This document shows positions 46,783-56,808 of a stretch of 64,000 nt of DNA, piece by piece (the first letter of the stretch is position 1; each line of letters opens with the position of its first letter). The stretch lies in the IMG/VR virus record IMGVR_UViG_3300033141_004135, one strand, 5' to 3'. Position numbers and translations under genes: made by a program. The stretch is from an uncultured virus (IMG/VR IMGVR_UViG_3300033141_004135). Taxonomy: Duplodnaviria > Heunggongvirae > Uroviricota > Caudoviricetes. Below the pieces are notes generated by a model. It saw only the letters and a program-made list of their open reading frames with translations, had not been told where the DNA came from and did not search any database.

Positions 46783-47495
46783 TATAAGAAACTTTCTCTT
46801 AGTTTATTGATTGTTTTTTCGCCTATTCCTTTTACTTTCCTAAAGGTTCCGTTTGCCAGATCCATCACCAATTCATATATGCTTTCATAGTTCTCATGGA
46901 TCTTAAATGCGGTTTTGAAGCTAATTCCTTTCACAGAGTTTAATATTTTTATGAAGCTTGGTATTGCTTCGTCCCTACCTTCGTATTTAAGCCTAAGAGC
47001 TGGTAGTTCACCGCATTTATAATCGAAAAATTTCAGCATTCTTATTAACATATATATGTTGTCAACTTGAATGAACGATATGCCGTATTGAATGCAGACA
47101 GATGGTATTGATAATATTTGATTGATCCTATCCTTATAATATGGGTTTGTTAAAAAATCTTCGAATCTTCCTTCGAAAACCAAGGCTACATTTTTGCCAA
47201 AAAACCCGGACAATCTCTCCAATTGATCGTATAATTCGTTGTTGAGTAATGAAGAAGCCAAATTATCTCCTTTTTTTCGTTCTATCGCAAAGTTCCATTT
47301 ACTACCTACTATATCAGCTACTCTATGTTTTGAAAATGTATCTCCGCAACATTCTTCTGGTTCTTCTCCCTCTATGTATATTTTCTTACAAGAATCACAA
47401 ACCAAGAATCTCAGTTGTCTTTTCTCGTACTTAACATTTAGAGAGTCAAAAGCCTCAAAAACATAATCCTTTTCTCCACTATCTATATAATACGT
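46782..47495 (-). CDS. XPF/ERCC4-family structure-specific nuclease with HhH; frame extends upstream of TTG 47405
   Basis: YIDSGE (upstream, in frame), ADIV, AIERK, LVFEG, VKGIS / VKGIG HhH. Confidence 0.85.
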   Translation of the reverse strand, partial: TYYIDSGEKDYVFEAFDSLNVKYEKRQLRFLVCDSCKKIYIEGEEPEECCGDTFSKHRVADIVGSKWNFAIERKKGDNLASSLLNNELYDQLERLSGFFGKNVALVFEGRFEDFLTNPYYKDRINQILSIPSVCIQYGISFIQVDNIYMLIRMLKFFDYKCGELPALRLKYEGRDEAIPSFIKILNSVKGISFKTAFKIHENYESIYELVMDLANGTFRKVKGIGEKTINKLRESFL

Positions 47496-47496
47496 T

Positions 47497-48060
47497 TCAT
47501 CTCGCCTCTATTATTGATCTCAATACTGATAATTTAAACAATACATCACTCCAATCTTTAACTCTAAAGGAGTTAAAAGTTCTTTTATAATATCTATTCC
47601 AAGGCTGATCATATAACAGTAAATACTTATTCTTATGCCTACCTATGCTGTTTATCATATAAGGACAATCATCAATAAAGACATCAAAATCTAAATCCGC
47701 TTTATTATTCTTTACTATTATTAAGTTCATGTATTCTTCTCCTTTTTTTATCCCTTTTTTGTTCAGCATTTTTATTAATTCATGACGATCATATAGACTC
47801 TTCGTAACTATGTAAACATCATATTCATGGCTCAATAAGTACAAGTAATGAGGTACTTCTTCATTTATTAATTGAAAATCAATCTTTTTTTTCCTAACAG
47901 TTTTGTATATCTTATCAAACTTATTTGCCGGCAAGTATGACCACTGATCCACATCTTCTATCTTTATATTCGTTTTATATTTCCTATTATATTCTCTCAA
48001 TATAATGCTGAAGAAATCCCATATTACACCGTCAAGATCAACCGCTAACTTTACTACCAT
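47497..48060 (-). CDS. HAD-family 5'(3')-deoxyribonucleotidase
   Basis: VDLDGVI, IVT, K, FIDDCP, QPWN. Confidence 0.88.
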   Translation of the reverse strand: MVVKLAVDLDGVIWDFFSIILREYNRKYKTNIKIEDVDQWSYLPANKFDKIYKTVRKKKIDFQLINEEVPHYLYLLSHEYDVYIVTKSLYDRHELIKMLNKKGIKKGEEYMNLIIVKNNKADLDFDVFIDDCPYMINSIGRHKNKYLLLYDQPWNRYYKRTFNSFRVKDWSDVLFKLSVLRSIIEAR

Positions 48061-49120
48061 TTTTTATCACCTCATATATTACATTTCTTAATTTTAAACA
48101 TTTATCGCAGTCTAAATCGCAATATCCGAGATATTTTATTTTTCTCGGATTGAACTTCCAATCTCCAGCATAAACATATTTTGCCTGTCCTTCTATCGCA
48201 GAGTGTATTCCCTCACCCTTCAATAACGAAATCATTATTTTTACACAATCCTCGTATTTTACTCCAACTATGGTTTTTAAATATTTAATCAATTCTACTC
48301 TTAACGAGTTTCCTTTATGATCCATCGAAAGTATTTTTTTTATCCCATCGCAGAAATCCTCTATTTCCCAGCCATATTTAATCAAGACATCATTAGCATC
48401 TGTCATCTCGTCAAGCTTTATGTTTATCATGAAATTTTTCATCTTTATTTTGCTTTCATCTATTTTATATGAATTAAAATTGAACGTTTCATTACCGTAA
48501 ACGAATCTCTTATTAAAACGAGGGGTAGAAGCCAGCTTCTTTATTTTCTCATACTCTAAGAATAATTCTTCTTGTTTTAATGGTATGCAGAAACACTTCC
48601 TATGTTCCTTAAAATTGAAGCTATTAGTAACCCTCATCATTCTAGAAGTATCCCCTATAGTCGAGGGATCTATTTCGACATCTAATTCATTAGATAAGCT
48701 AAGTTCAAAATCCCTTAGTTTTAACGGATCTCCCTTAGCCGAAAATATGAAATAAAACCCACCGCCACTAAACCTATATTCTCTCATTAAATCTAATTTT
48801 TCAGCCCATTCTTCCAATTTTCTAATGTCCTCTAACGGTTTCTCATCATAATACTCATATTTCTTATCCCCTAGTATCGATGTCTTATAAGAATCCAAAT
48901 CTAGAACGACTTTATTTATTATTGCAGAACCATAATCTATTCCTTCATATTTGATTCCGGTTAAATGGTTAATCTTTGTTTCCAAGTTCCTAAACCAATA
49001 TATGCTGTGATAAACGTTTGAATAATTCTTATATTTGTTTATATCCTTAATTGCCTCAATCTCATCAGAGAATACTCTTCTAAACGGCATCCTAATTGAT
49101 ACTCCAGTCTCAACATACAT
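48038..49120 (-). CDS. AEP primase with fused PriL-C-like domain
   Basis: LDLD, FSGGGF, D....D..RMMRV..S.N; C-terminal C..I...R.EL..YL...GYCDLDCDKC. Confidence 0.85.
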   Translation of the reverse strand: MYVETGVSIRMPFRRVFSDEIEAIKDINKYKNYSNVYHSIYWFRNLETKINHLTGIKYEGIDYGSAIINKVVLDLDSYKTSILGDKKYEYYDEKPLEDIRKLEEWAEKLDLMREYRFSGGGFYFIFSAKGDPLKLRDFELSLSNELDVEIDPSTIGDTSRMMRVTNSFNFKEHRKCFCIPLKQEELFLEYEKIKKLASTPRFNKRFVYGNETFNFNSYKIDESKIKMKNFMINIKLDEMTDANDVLIKYGWEIEDFCDGIKKILSMDHKGNSLRVELIKYLKTIVGVKYEDCVKIMISLLKGEGIHSAIEGQAKYVYAGDWKFNPRKIKYLGYCDLDCDKCLKLRNVIYEVIKNGSKVSG

Positions 49121-49136
49121 TTTTCCAACATGATGA

Positions 49137-50177
49137 TTAGTATTTCCTTTCTACCATCTCTTTACACCTATCATAATGGAAGCAGTTCTTAAACTTACAT
49201 CCCTTCTCGTCAAAAATTTCAGAAGGATGCCTAATAAAATTTTTGTTGTATACCATGCTTCTATATTCGTTTATGGCTAAGAGAACGCTTTTATAACTCG
49301 CATAATTGAACTCTTTAGTCGGTCTAAACCCCCTTTCACCGCTTAAATAATAGAATCCGAGCAATATATCACCTTTCTTAACGAATTTCCCAATCTTATA
49401 AGGTTTGTATTTATCCTTAAGATTTGTCAAATATTGCTTTTTTTTCTTATATTCGTTTTTTCCTACCGTCCAATATTTAGGATCGTTTATGAACTCCAGC
49501 ACTTCGTCTGACAATTTCCATCCAACAGCTAATAAATATAACAAGCCATAAAAATGGATTTCCCTCATTAGATCTGCTCTAAGCCGCCAACCGAACGGAT
49601 CTCCAATACTCCTATAATTTTTAATTTGTAAAGGAGTATTCCCAGTTTTATAATCATATATTGCTACTTTTTTAGTACCGTCCAGCATTACTTCTATATT
49701 TACCCTATCTATTGTTCCAAAAAGTTTACCTCTATTATATTCTATTCTCCTCTCTATTAAAAACGGCTTAAAACAATCAAATATCTCATTCTTACTCGTA
49801 AGAAACGAGTTTAATTGAACCCATCTTTCTGTTTCGATTGTCGCAAAATTGGATATTATGTTTTTATACTTCCCCCAATTCCTTTGAGTGGGCTTTACAA
49901 ACCGCATGCAGGCTTCATATATAAACCTTCTAAACGGATGCTGGCTTATCGGGGTTCTTTGTGATAAAAATTCATCTCTAAAAACGTGTTCTGGTTTTAA
50001 ATGCCTAAAAAAATTGGCGAAAACCATGTGTAGGTTTGTTCCTTCAATTGATTTTCTTCTATCGTATTCTGGTTTTTCTCCTTTTATATATCTTAAATAA
50101 AACTCATATTTGCAGAAATCTATTGATTTAAGCTTGCTTTTTGAAACCCATGGGAATGGTTTATCTATATATTCCAT
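49137..50177 (-). CDS. Cas4/AddB-like PD-(D/E)xK exonuclease
   Basis: SKS.L...FC, GT.LH, GTIDRV, DYKTG, FYG, C-terminal C...C....C. Confidence 0.85.
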   Translation of the reverse strand: MEYIDKPFPWVSKSKLKSIDFCKYEFYLRYIKGEKPEYDRRKSIEGTNLHMVFANFFRHLKPEHVFRDEFLSQRTPISQHPFRRFIYEACMRFVKPTQRNWGKYKNIISNFATIETERWVQLNSFLTSKNEIFDCFKPFLIERRIEYNRGKLFGTIDRVNIEVMLDGTKKVAIYDYKTGNTPLQIKNYRSIGDPFGWRLRADLMREIHFYGLLYLLAVGWKLSDEVLEFINDPKYWTVGKNEYKKKKQYLTNLKDKYKPYKIGKFVKKGDILLGFYYLSGERGFRPTKEFNYASYKSVLLAINEYRSMVYNKNFIRHPSEIFDEKGCKFKNCFHYDRCKEMVERKY

Positions 50178-50180
50178 TTT

Positions 50181-50312
50181 TCAACCACCTATTCTTACTT
50201 CTATTGTTGGTCCAAAATTAATCCATAAGAGATATGTGATAAACATTCCGAGTAATATGCCGTTAAAAAACCCAAATAAATATATCAAAAATTCTTTTTT
50301 GTCTATATTAAT
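50181..50312 (-). CDS. Small single-TM protein (~43 aa), not in the ORF track
   Basis: Fills the gap; FLIYLFGFFNGILLGMFITYLLWI; GAGGAGG RBS followed by ATT/ATA. Confidence 0.55.
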   Translation of the reverse strand: MNIDKKEFLIYLFGFFNGILLGMFITYLLWINFGPTIEVRIGG

Positions 50313-50590
50313 AGTAATCCTCCTCTTTTTTCCTCTTTTTCAGATTTTGAACTAATACTTTTCTTCTTATTCATGGTTTCTATTTTGATCAAGTTCACAT
50401 CATCTCTTTCAATGAGAATATCAGTAGCACATGAATCGCATAAAAAAACTTCGCTTATTTTTATGTTTCTTTTCATAACAGCGTATTTTTTAACATTTTT
50501 TATGGCTTTACATACTTCGCATTCGTGAATTTTCAATTTGCTAGGATCAAACTTTGGATAATCCCTAATTCCCTTCTCGTTTAAATACAT
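50303..50590 (-). CDS. Zn-finger protein
   Basis: CEVC...LCDSC. Confidence 0.7.
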   Translation of the reverse strand: MYLNEKGIRDYPKFDPSKLKIHECEVCKAIKNVKKYAVMKRNIKISEVFLCDSCATDILIERDDVNLIKIETMNKKKSISSKSEKEEKRGGLLLI

Positions 50591-51453
50591 AATACACGTC
50601 CCACTTTTTCTTTATTAGGATTCATTATTCTCCCTACTTCGTCTATCTTATAGTTCATTACCACCTTCGTTCTAACGAACTTTCTACTATTAAGAAAACC
50701 GCAAACCTTTCTTTCTATTCTTCTAACTACTGTGTTTTTCATTCCGTCGAAAAACGGATTATTATTATCGCATGTTATCATCCACATGGTACCTCCTTCC
50801 GTTTGTTTTTCTAATAATTCTCTCATTTTCTTGTATTCTTCTTCTCCGAAATACTCACCCGTTCTATGATCCCTATCATATTGATGCTTGTTGTAATAAG
50901 GCGGATCTAAGAAAATAAAAGCATCATCTCTTGGTCTTATTTCTTTTAAGAAATCGGCGAAATCGTAATCATAAAAAATTACATCTTTAATTCTCTCATG
51001 GAATTTTTTAAATTTTCTGGCTGCTGTTCTAATACTTAAACTTGCGTTTTTCATCTTTGAAACATCGTGAGATAACGGGTTCCTATAAGTATTAGGGAGT
51101 GAATTAAACCCAAACCTAATCAAATATAAAAACATGTACGCTTTATCAACGATGCTCAGATCATCTTCATTGATTTTTTCCATGAATGTTCTATAAGCTA
51201 ACGACGATTCTAATGTAAACAAGCACCTCTTTTTTAATTCTTTCATTTTCTCCTCATCTTGTAGGCATAGCCAAAAACTAATCAGTTTTGAATCCAAGTC
51301 ATTCACAAACTCTTGTTCTACTTTCGGTTTATTAAGTAAGACAGTGCCGCTTCCAAAAAATGGTTCATAATAGTATTTATGAACTGGCATCATCGGTAAT
51401 AACCACTTTAATTCGTAAAATTTACCCCCCATCCAAGGATAGGGTCCATACAT
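50581..51453 (-). CDS. D12-class (Dam-like) DNA adenine methyltransferase
   Basis: PWMGGK, YEPFFGSG, VNDLD, FLDPPY. Confidence 0.92.
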   Translation of the reverse strand: MYGPYPWMGGKFYELKWLLPMMPVHKYYYEPFFGSGTVLLNKPKVEQEFVNDLDSKLISFWLCLQDEEKMKELKKRCLFTLESSLAYRTFMEKINEDDLSIVDKAYMFLYLIRFGFNSLPNTYRNPLSHDVSKMKNASLSIRTAARKFKKFHERIKDVIFYDYDFADFLKEIRPRDDAFIFLDPPYYNKHQYDRDHRTGEYFGEEEYKKMRELLEKQTEGGTMWMITCDNNNPFFDGMKNTVVRRIERKVCGFLNSRKFVRTKVVMNYKIDEVGRIMNPNKEKVGRVLCI

Positions 51454-51473
51454 TGGAATTTATCATTCACCTC

Positions 51474-52487
51474 TCATATTAGTGTAGTTTTCCCCATTTT
51501 TTCTTTTTTATCATAAATTGATCTTGCCAAATGATAAGCTAGCAATGGCGGAACCGCATTTCCTACCATTTTATATTGGTTTGTTTTAGATCCGAAGAAT
51601 ATGAAGTCATCTTCAAAGGATTGGATTCTAGCTGCTTCTCTTACCGTTATTTTTCGATATACCTTGTTATTATAAATTTTTGGATTTGATGACGATGTTA
51701 TTACTTGATTTGGTTCTGTCAATCTATTGAAGGGTTTATTACCTTTATTATTGAAACTTCTAGAATTCAAAACCTTATACTCTTCTATTTCTATTCTACT
51801 TCTTGGATGTAGATATCCATCTTTATATAATCCCGCAATTATAGTTTTCGATGGTTCTGATAGAATAAGAGGTTTGTGTATTCCTATTATTTTTTTATTA
51901 ATCTGGTCAGATATTGATCTCCATCTAGGAATCTCATGATTCTCAACGTTTTTGCTGTTATCGAACATTATATCGCCGATTGCTTCATACACGCTCACAT
52001 ATTCCTCTTTTTTTAGAATTTTCGGTGGAGGGCAGAAATCTCCGGTGAATACTCTCTTCCTTTTCTGCGGAACACCATAATCAGCCGCATTTAGTATGCT
52101 AACCACTGGATAATTTCCAAAAACTAAATGCTTTAATACTCCTTCGACATTTTCCATTATCCATTTTTTGGGGTTTATCACACTAATCCATTTTCTAAAT
52201 TCCTTTACCAACCCCATCCCTTTCTCTGGATCTGGATTGCTTTTGGCATAACTGAACTCTATACAAGGAGGACTTCCTATTACTATATCAACATCCTTAA
52301 AATCGTTCGGATCTAATTCTCTAACGTCAGCTAATATGAACTCAGAATTTGGATGATTATATTCATACGTTTTCTTTACTGCTTTATCATTGTCTATTCC
52401 ATACTTAACCTCGAATCCAGCTTTTAAGAAGCCAGTACTAAACCCCCCGCACCCGCAAAATAAATCCAACACTTTCTTAATATTCAT
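51474..52487 (-). CDS. DNA cytosine-C5 methyltransferase
   Basis: DLFCGCGG, GSPPC, MENV, YGVPQ.RKR, REAARIQSF, GNAVPP; GGAGG RBS before ATG 52487. Confidence 0.95.
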   Translation of the reverse strand: MNIKKVLDLFCGCGGFSTGFLKAGFEVKYGIDNDKAVKKTYEYNHPNSEFILADVRELDPNDFKDVDIVIGSPPCIEFSYAKSNPDPEKGMGLVKEFRKWISVINPKKWIMENVEGVLKHLVFGNYPVVSILNAADYGVPQKRKRVFTGDFCPPPKILKKEEYVSVYEAIGDIMFDNSKNVENHEIPRWRSISDQINKKIIGIHKPLILSEPSKTIIAGLYKDGYLHPRSRIEIEEYKVLNSRSFNNKGNKPFNRLTEPNQVITSSSNPKIYNNKVYRKITVREAARIQSFEDDFIFFGSKTNQYKMVGNAVPPLLAYHLARSIYDKKEKMGKTTLI

Positions 52488-52671
52488 AACCTCCTTCATC
52501 GAAGCAAGACATGCAAATTGGAACATCTTCGTCATTAAACATTTGACAATGAGCACATATGACTATTCCGCAGATTTGACATTCGTTTGTTTCGTCAACC
52601 CCAACATAAGAACCACAAAACTCGCATTTAACAACACTGCTTCTATTATTCATTTTACTCACCATACTCAC
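52477..52671 (-). CDS. Small multi-CxxC Zn-finger protein
   Basis: Four CxxC pairs. Confidence 0.65.
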   Translation of the reverse strand: MSMVSKMNNRSSVVKCEFCGSYVGVDETNECQICGIVICAHCQMFNDEDVPICMSCFDEGGYEY

Positions 52672-53426
52672 TATATATCAATAATTGTCGATTTGAACTC
52701 TTCTTTTTTCAAAAACTCGGTTCTGTATTTCTCTATTCTTTTTTTCGCTACTTCTACCCATTTCTCATCTAAATCTATCCCTATAAAATTTCTATTTAGT
52801 TTAACAGCAGAAGCTCCGACGCTTCCAGAGCCCATGAAAGGATCCAAAACCGTATCTCCGATGTTAGATGAGGTTTTAACAAACAAATCAGTTATTTTCA
52901 TCGGTTTCTCATTTAAATGTTCTGTCTCTTTATAATTACATCTACAAGGAGTGATCATGTAGTTTACCATCTCTTTCTGGGATAAAAAGTTTGGTATTCT
53001 ACATTCCCCCTTACTACCAACCCATACTGTTTCTATTGAGCTTCTCCAGTTATACTTCCTAAATGAAGTAGCGGGGTTTAACTTAACCCATGTGAACAAA
53101 GTTCTCATCATTACATCAGCATCATTTGTTATGAATTCCAACATCCAGAGTTTTTTATAATCGAAGAAAACATAAAACCATCCATTCTCTTTTAAAATTC
53201 TACAGCATTCGGAAACCCATTTATTCGTAAAATCGAAGTAATCATTTTCTGTTTTGAAGAAATCCCATTCGCCGAAATTCATCATTATATCTGAAGAACC
53301 TTTTATTTGAATATTACCTCTTTTGGATATGTTGTACGGTGGATCTGTTATTATTAGATCAACCGATTCATCATCCATTTTTTCTAATATTTCAAGTGAA
53401 TTTCCATTAATTAATTTAACATTCAT
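52671..53426 (-). CDS. Beta-class N4/N6 DNA methyltransferase
   Basis: ITDPPY precedes H..EKP and VLDPFMGSGS. Confidence 0.93.
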   Translation of the reverse strand: MNVKLINGNSLEILEKMDDESVDLIITDPPYNISKRGNIQIKGSSDIMMNFGEWDFFKTENDYFDFTNKWVSECCRILKENGWFYVFFDYKKLWMLEFITNDADVMMRTLFTWVKLNPATSFRKYNWRSSIETVWVGSKGECRIPNFLSQKEMVNYMITPCRCNYKETEHLNEKPMKITDLFVKTSSNIGDTVLDPFMGSGSVGASAVKLNRNFIGIDLDEKWVEVAKKRIEKYRTEFLKKEEFKSTIIDI

Positions 53427-56317
53427 ATTGCCAACAATCCCTTAATATTTGTTCCTTCTATTATATCATAATAATTAGTATTAAATAATGATAATAAGTG
53501 TTTTGTTTTCGTAAAACACTCTGTTTTCCTTATTCTTTTCCAATTTAAATCGAAACCCATTTTTTTTAAATACTCCTCATCCTCCTCGTCAAAAGACATG
53601 ACAAAATCTCCATTACACCTTATGACCTTATTATTCATCATTTGAGGATAACGAGAAAATACTCCTAAGAATGGATTACTACCCGGTTCATAATATTTTC
53701 CTAAATACTTGAATGTATTCCTCGCCGCAACAGCAGATTGATTATTAGTATAATATTCACTCAACTTCTTATTAATTGCTCCTCTTTTACACACATCTAT
53801 CCATTTTCTCTGCTCTAAATTTTTATCGAATTCTTTTATGTATTTCTTAATATCTTCCAACTCATTCTCGGATTCGAAAATGATCTTAACTATATTTTCT
53901 TGCAGTTCTGATGCTATTTTTGAAGTTGCTCTTTTCTTAAGATCCATACCTTTTATTTCCATCTCTGGTTTATCTAATTTAACCCCATTGACGTACACGT
54001 TTCTTTTTATGTAGTGCTTCATGGTGTCCATGTAGAGCTTATCACTAATGGTTTCCAAGTCTATAAAGATGCTATGATCTTGAATGTTATAAACCTCATC
54101 CAAATATTTATCAAGATTTTCATTAAGAAACTCCACATATTCGTTCGCCTCTTTTATCTGATCATCCAAATCTTTAGATTTTAAATCTATGAAAAGCGAA
54201 TCAGTGTCTCCGTATATTACATCTACATTTTTTTCTTCCGTTATGATCTTGATGCAAAACATTAGTAAATCCCTACAAGTTAAAGTGCATGAATTAAAAC
54301 ATAATTCAGAATAAGTTCTATCTATTTGGAGTCCTAAAACACCAAAGGCTGCATTTAAGAAGTTCTTCAAGTTATATTGTTCTGAATACAGCATTTTATA
54401 TTCATTGGTTTCGGTAGTTTTATGCTTTTCAAAATATTCTTTTAGTTTTTCTTGTGCTTTTACCCTATTATTTATCCACAAATCAAAAAGATCGGAGTTT
54501 ATTGATTTTACATCTTTTCTAAAGAATGCTATCGGAGTTTCTATTAAACTTTTCCTATCATATTTATTTCCGTTAACATCATAGACGAATTCATCATCAT
54601 AATGATCTAGATCTATTGCCGTTTCTATTCCAGCATTGGTCGATTTTATGACATTAGGGTAGAACTTTGAAAAATCTATTACAGCTACTCCTTCGTATAT
54701 TTTCCTACAGCTAGGCTGCGGCACAAATCCCCCTATTTTACCTATCGAAGTTAGATCCGTTATTTTTTTCTTAGAACCCCTAAGTATCAACTTTTCTCTT
54801 ATATCATCTAGCGTTATTGTGAATTTATCCCCTATCTGCGTTTTACCATTTTTTTCTCTCTTATTCTTTTTCTGATATTTACTATCAAAACTATAAGAAT
54901 CTTGATAAAAGGTCAATTTAAAATGATCGTGTAGTTTAGAAGCCACAAGCCCATCTTCTGGCGGTGAGATCGAGACTTCTGATCTACCTACTTGTTTCCC
55001 TATTACGTCGAACTTTATGTCTAGATCATAACAAATTTTTACATCTATCAAATTATAATCTAATAAAAATTCAATCCCTTTATTTTTTACCCTTTTAACA
55101 TTATTAACTATTTCAAATTCATCCTCGTCAGAAACATCTTTCTGTTTCCAATATTCCCATACCTTTAGCTTTTCTTTATCTAATTTACCGTAATCTAAGA
55201 AATAGGAAGCCCAATCAGATAGTTTATGACCCCTAAAATCATAATACTCGTAAGAGAGCCTTAAAGTTTTCTCCGAAAAAACGAAATCTATTTGACAAAC
55301 ACCTTTAATGTAAACCTCTTTCTTTTTCTCCCCTTTATTTTCTCTTAGATACACGGAATACCCCCCGTTCGGGATCCAAACACAAGGTGATAGCCTTTGC
55401 ATGTACTCTTTCAACCCGAGCTTTCTAGATCTTAAATAAAAACACAGCGAATCAAAACCGTTTATCCATGTTTTAGCTCCAGCATTCTTGCTCCATCCTC
55501 CATAACTAAAAAACCCGAACATATAATCAAACTTATTTTTAGAAAAATAAGAAATAAACCCCTTCAACATATCTATTTCAGTTCTATATTCTCTCCTTCT
55601 TATTTTTCTTATGTTTATTTCTTTTCCTCCGTTTAAGGCGTTTGGAATCACATAATTTTCGTATTCTCTGGTTTCTTCATTAATGAATCCTTCATGCCAA
55701 ACAAATTGATCGTAAACATCATCATAATCATCATATGTCGTTATAGATATTATCGGCATGTCTTCCATATCTTCGGGTTTTAAATTATACTCGATTATTT
55801 TGCTCGTATCTACTTCTATATCCCAATAGCAAGTTCTACCTCTGATATAAAACTTTTTGTCATCTGGTAATGGCAGTATGTCTTTTATCTTAAGAAATCT
55901 ATATTCATAATCATTAGGTATTAAAATATATGGGTTTTTTAACCCGTTCTTTTTTATTATCTTGCTCATCGCCATTTTTTCCCATTTTACATCGGCTTGA
56001 AAAGTTTTAGTAAATTTGTCTCTAATCTTATTTACTATGAAGGGGAATTCAACATAAACGTTAATTACGTTTTCGCCATATAACGATTTCGGAGCTTTTT
56101 CATGTTTTACAATCCTTGGTTCGTTTTTTATTTTCCACAATTCTTCTTCCAGTATTCCGAATCTCGGCATTAGTTCTCCTTTGTCGAGTATTTGGATCAA
56201 GTAATGTTTTTTATTTTCATCTCGACATTTCAAGCACAAAACTGGAGAATTTAATTCCTCATTTTCTTGGTCGAAATTGTTATAGTAAAAATAATTTATT
56301 ATCTTTAAAGCTATCAT
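53423..56317 (-). CDS. polB: Family B DNA polymerase (RNA-primed type)
   Basis: Exo motifs WDIEV, GFD, YN..DV; polymerase motifs DFSKFYP, K.FLNAAFG, YGDTDS, K.Y, KG. Confidence 0.96.
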   Translation of the reverse strand: MIALKIINYFYYNNFDQENEELNSPVLCLKCRDENKKHYLIQILDKGELMPRFGILEEELWKIKNEPRIVKHEKAPKSLYGENVINVYVEFPFIVNKIRDKFTKTFQADVKWEKMAMSKIIKKNGLKNPYILIPNDYEYRFLKIKDILPLPDDKKFYIRGRTCYWDIEVDTSKIIEYNLKPEDMEDMPIISITTYDDYDDVYDQFVWHEGFINEETREYENYVIPNALNGGKEINIRKIRRREYRTEIDMLKGFISYFSKNKFDYMFGFFSYGGWSKNAGAKTWINGFDSLCFYLRSRKLGLKEYMQRLSPCVWIPNGGYSVYLRENKGEKKKEVYIKGVCQIDFVFSEKTLRLSYEYYDFRGHKLSDWASYFLDYGKLDKEKLKVWEYWKQKDVSDEDEFEIVNNVKRVKNKGIEFLLDYNLIDVKICYDLDIKFDVIGKQVGRSEVSISPPEDGLVASKLHDHFKLTFYQDSYSFDSKYQKKNKREKNGKTQIGDKFTITLDDIREKLILRGSKKKITDLTSIGKIGGFVPQPSCRKIYEGVAVIDFSKFYPNVIKSTNAGIETAIDLDHYDDEFVYDVNGNKYDRKSLIETPIAFFRKDVKSINSDLFDLWINNRVKAQEKLKEYFEKHKTTETNEYKMLYSEQYNLKNFLNAAFGVLGLQIDRTYSELCFNSCTLTCRDLLMFCIKIITEEKNVDVIYGDTDSLFIDLKSKDLDDQIKEANEYVEFLNENLDKYLDEVYNIQDHSIFIDLETISDKLYMDTMKHYIKRNVYVNGVKLDKPEMEIKGMDLKKRATSKIASELQENIVKIIFESENELEDIKKYIKEFDKNLEQRKWIDVCKRGAINKKLSEYYTNNQSAVAARNTFKYLGKYYEPGSNPFLGVFSRYPQMMNNKVIRCNGDFVMSFDEEDEEYLKKMGFDLNWKRIRKTECFTKTKHLLSLFNTNYYDIIEGTNIKGLLAI

Positions 56318-56547
56318 TCTTCTTCTTCTCTTTTCACTCTTAATATGTCTCTATATATTCTCATTTCAGTTTTTCCGTCTCTTTCAATTATCCTATGTTG
56401 TTCCATGCTATAAGCTTTACATTTAGGGCAAAAAACGATGTATATATAATAGCTTTCATTCTTAGATCCACATTCGCATCTAAAATCTACGCCCACTCCT
56501 TGTAATTCTTCCTCGCAAATAAGACAAACTTCCCCGCTGTAGTACAT
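56314..56547 (-). CDS. Small Zn-finger protein
   Basis: CLIC, CEC, CPKC. Confidence 0.6.
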   Translation of the reverse strand: MYYSGEVCLICEEELQGVGVDFRCECGSKNESYYIYIVFCPKCKAYSMEQHRIIERDGKTEMRIYRDILRVKREEEE

Positions 56548-56553
56548 TTCACA

Positions 56554-56808
56554 TCATTTTCTCCATTTATTTGCCAATACATTACTCATGTACTTAACTA
56601 ACTTTTCTTTAAGGATCTGTTTTGCCTCTTTTGAGAGAGACAAGAAACGTTCTTTGTTTTCTACGATATAATCATCTATAATACTTTCGACGTTTTTATA
56701 TTCCTTCGGGATTAATTCTTTTACCGATTTATCTACAAAGATGTACCAAACAGCTCCTAGATTAGATTCTTTGATCAAGTCTTCATCGTTCCAAAAAATT
56801 TTTATCAC
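56554..56808 (-). CDS. Hypothetical protein
   Basis: Packed ORF. Confidence 0.6.
   Translation of the reverse strand: MIKIFWNDEDLIKESNLGAVWYIFVDKSVKELIPKEYKNVESIIDDYIVENKERFLSLSKEAKQILKEKLVKYMSNVLANKWRK

Noticed and set aside
49137..50177. Cas4-like gene as evidence of CRISPR-Cas
   Set aside because: Solo Cas4-like nucleases are common in viral replication modules; there is no cas1/cas2 or array.
53423..56317. Intein in PolB (or in TerL/helicase)
   Set aside because: No C/S...HN-C/S/T splice junctions or LAGLIDADG blocks seen; the lengths are explained by small inserts.
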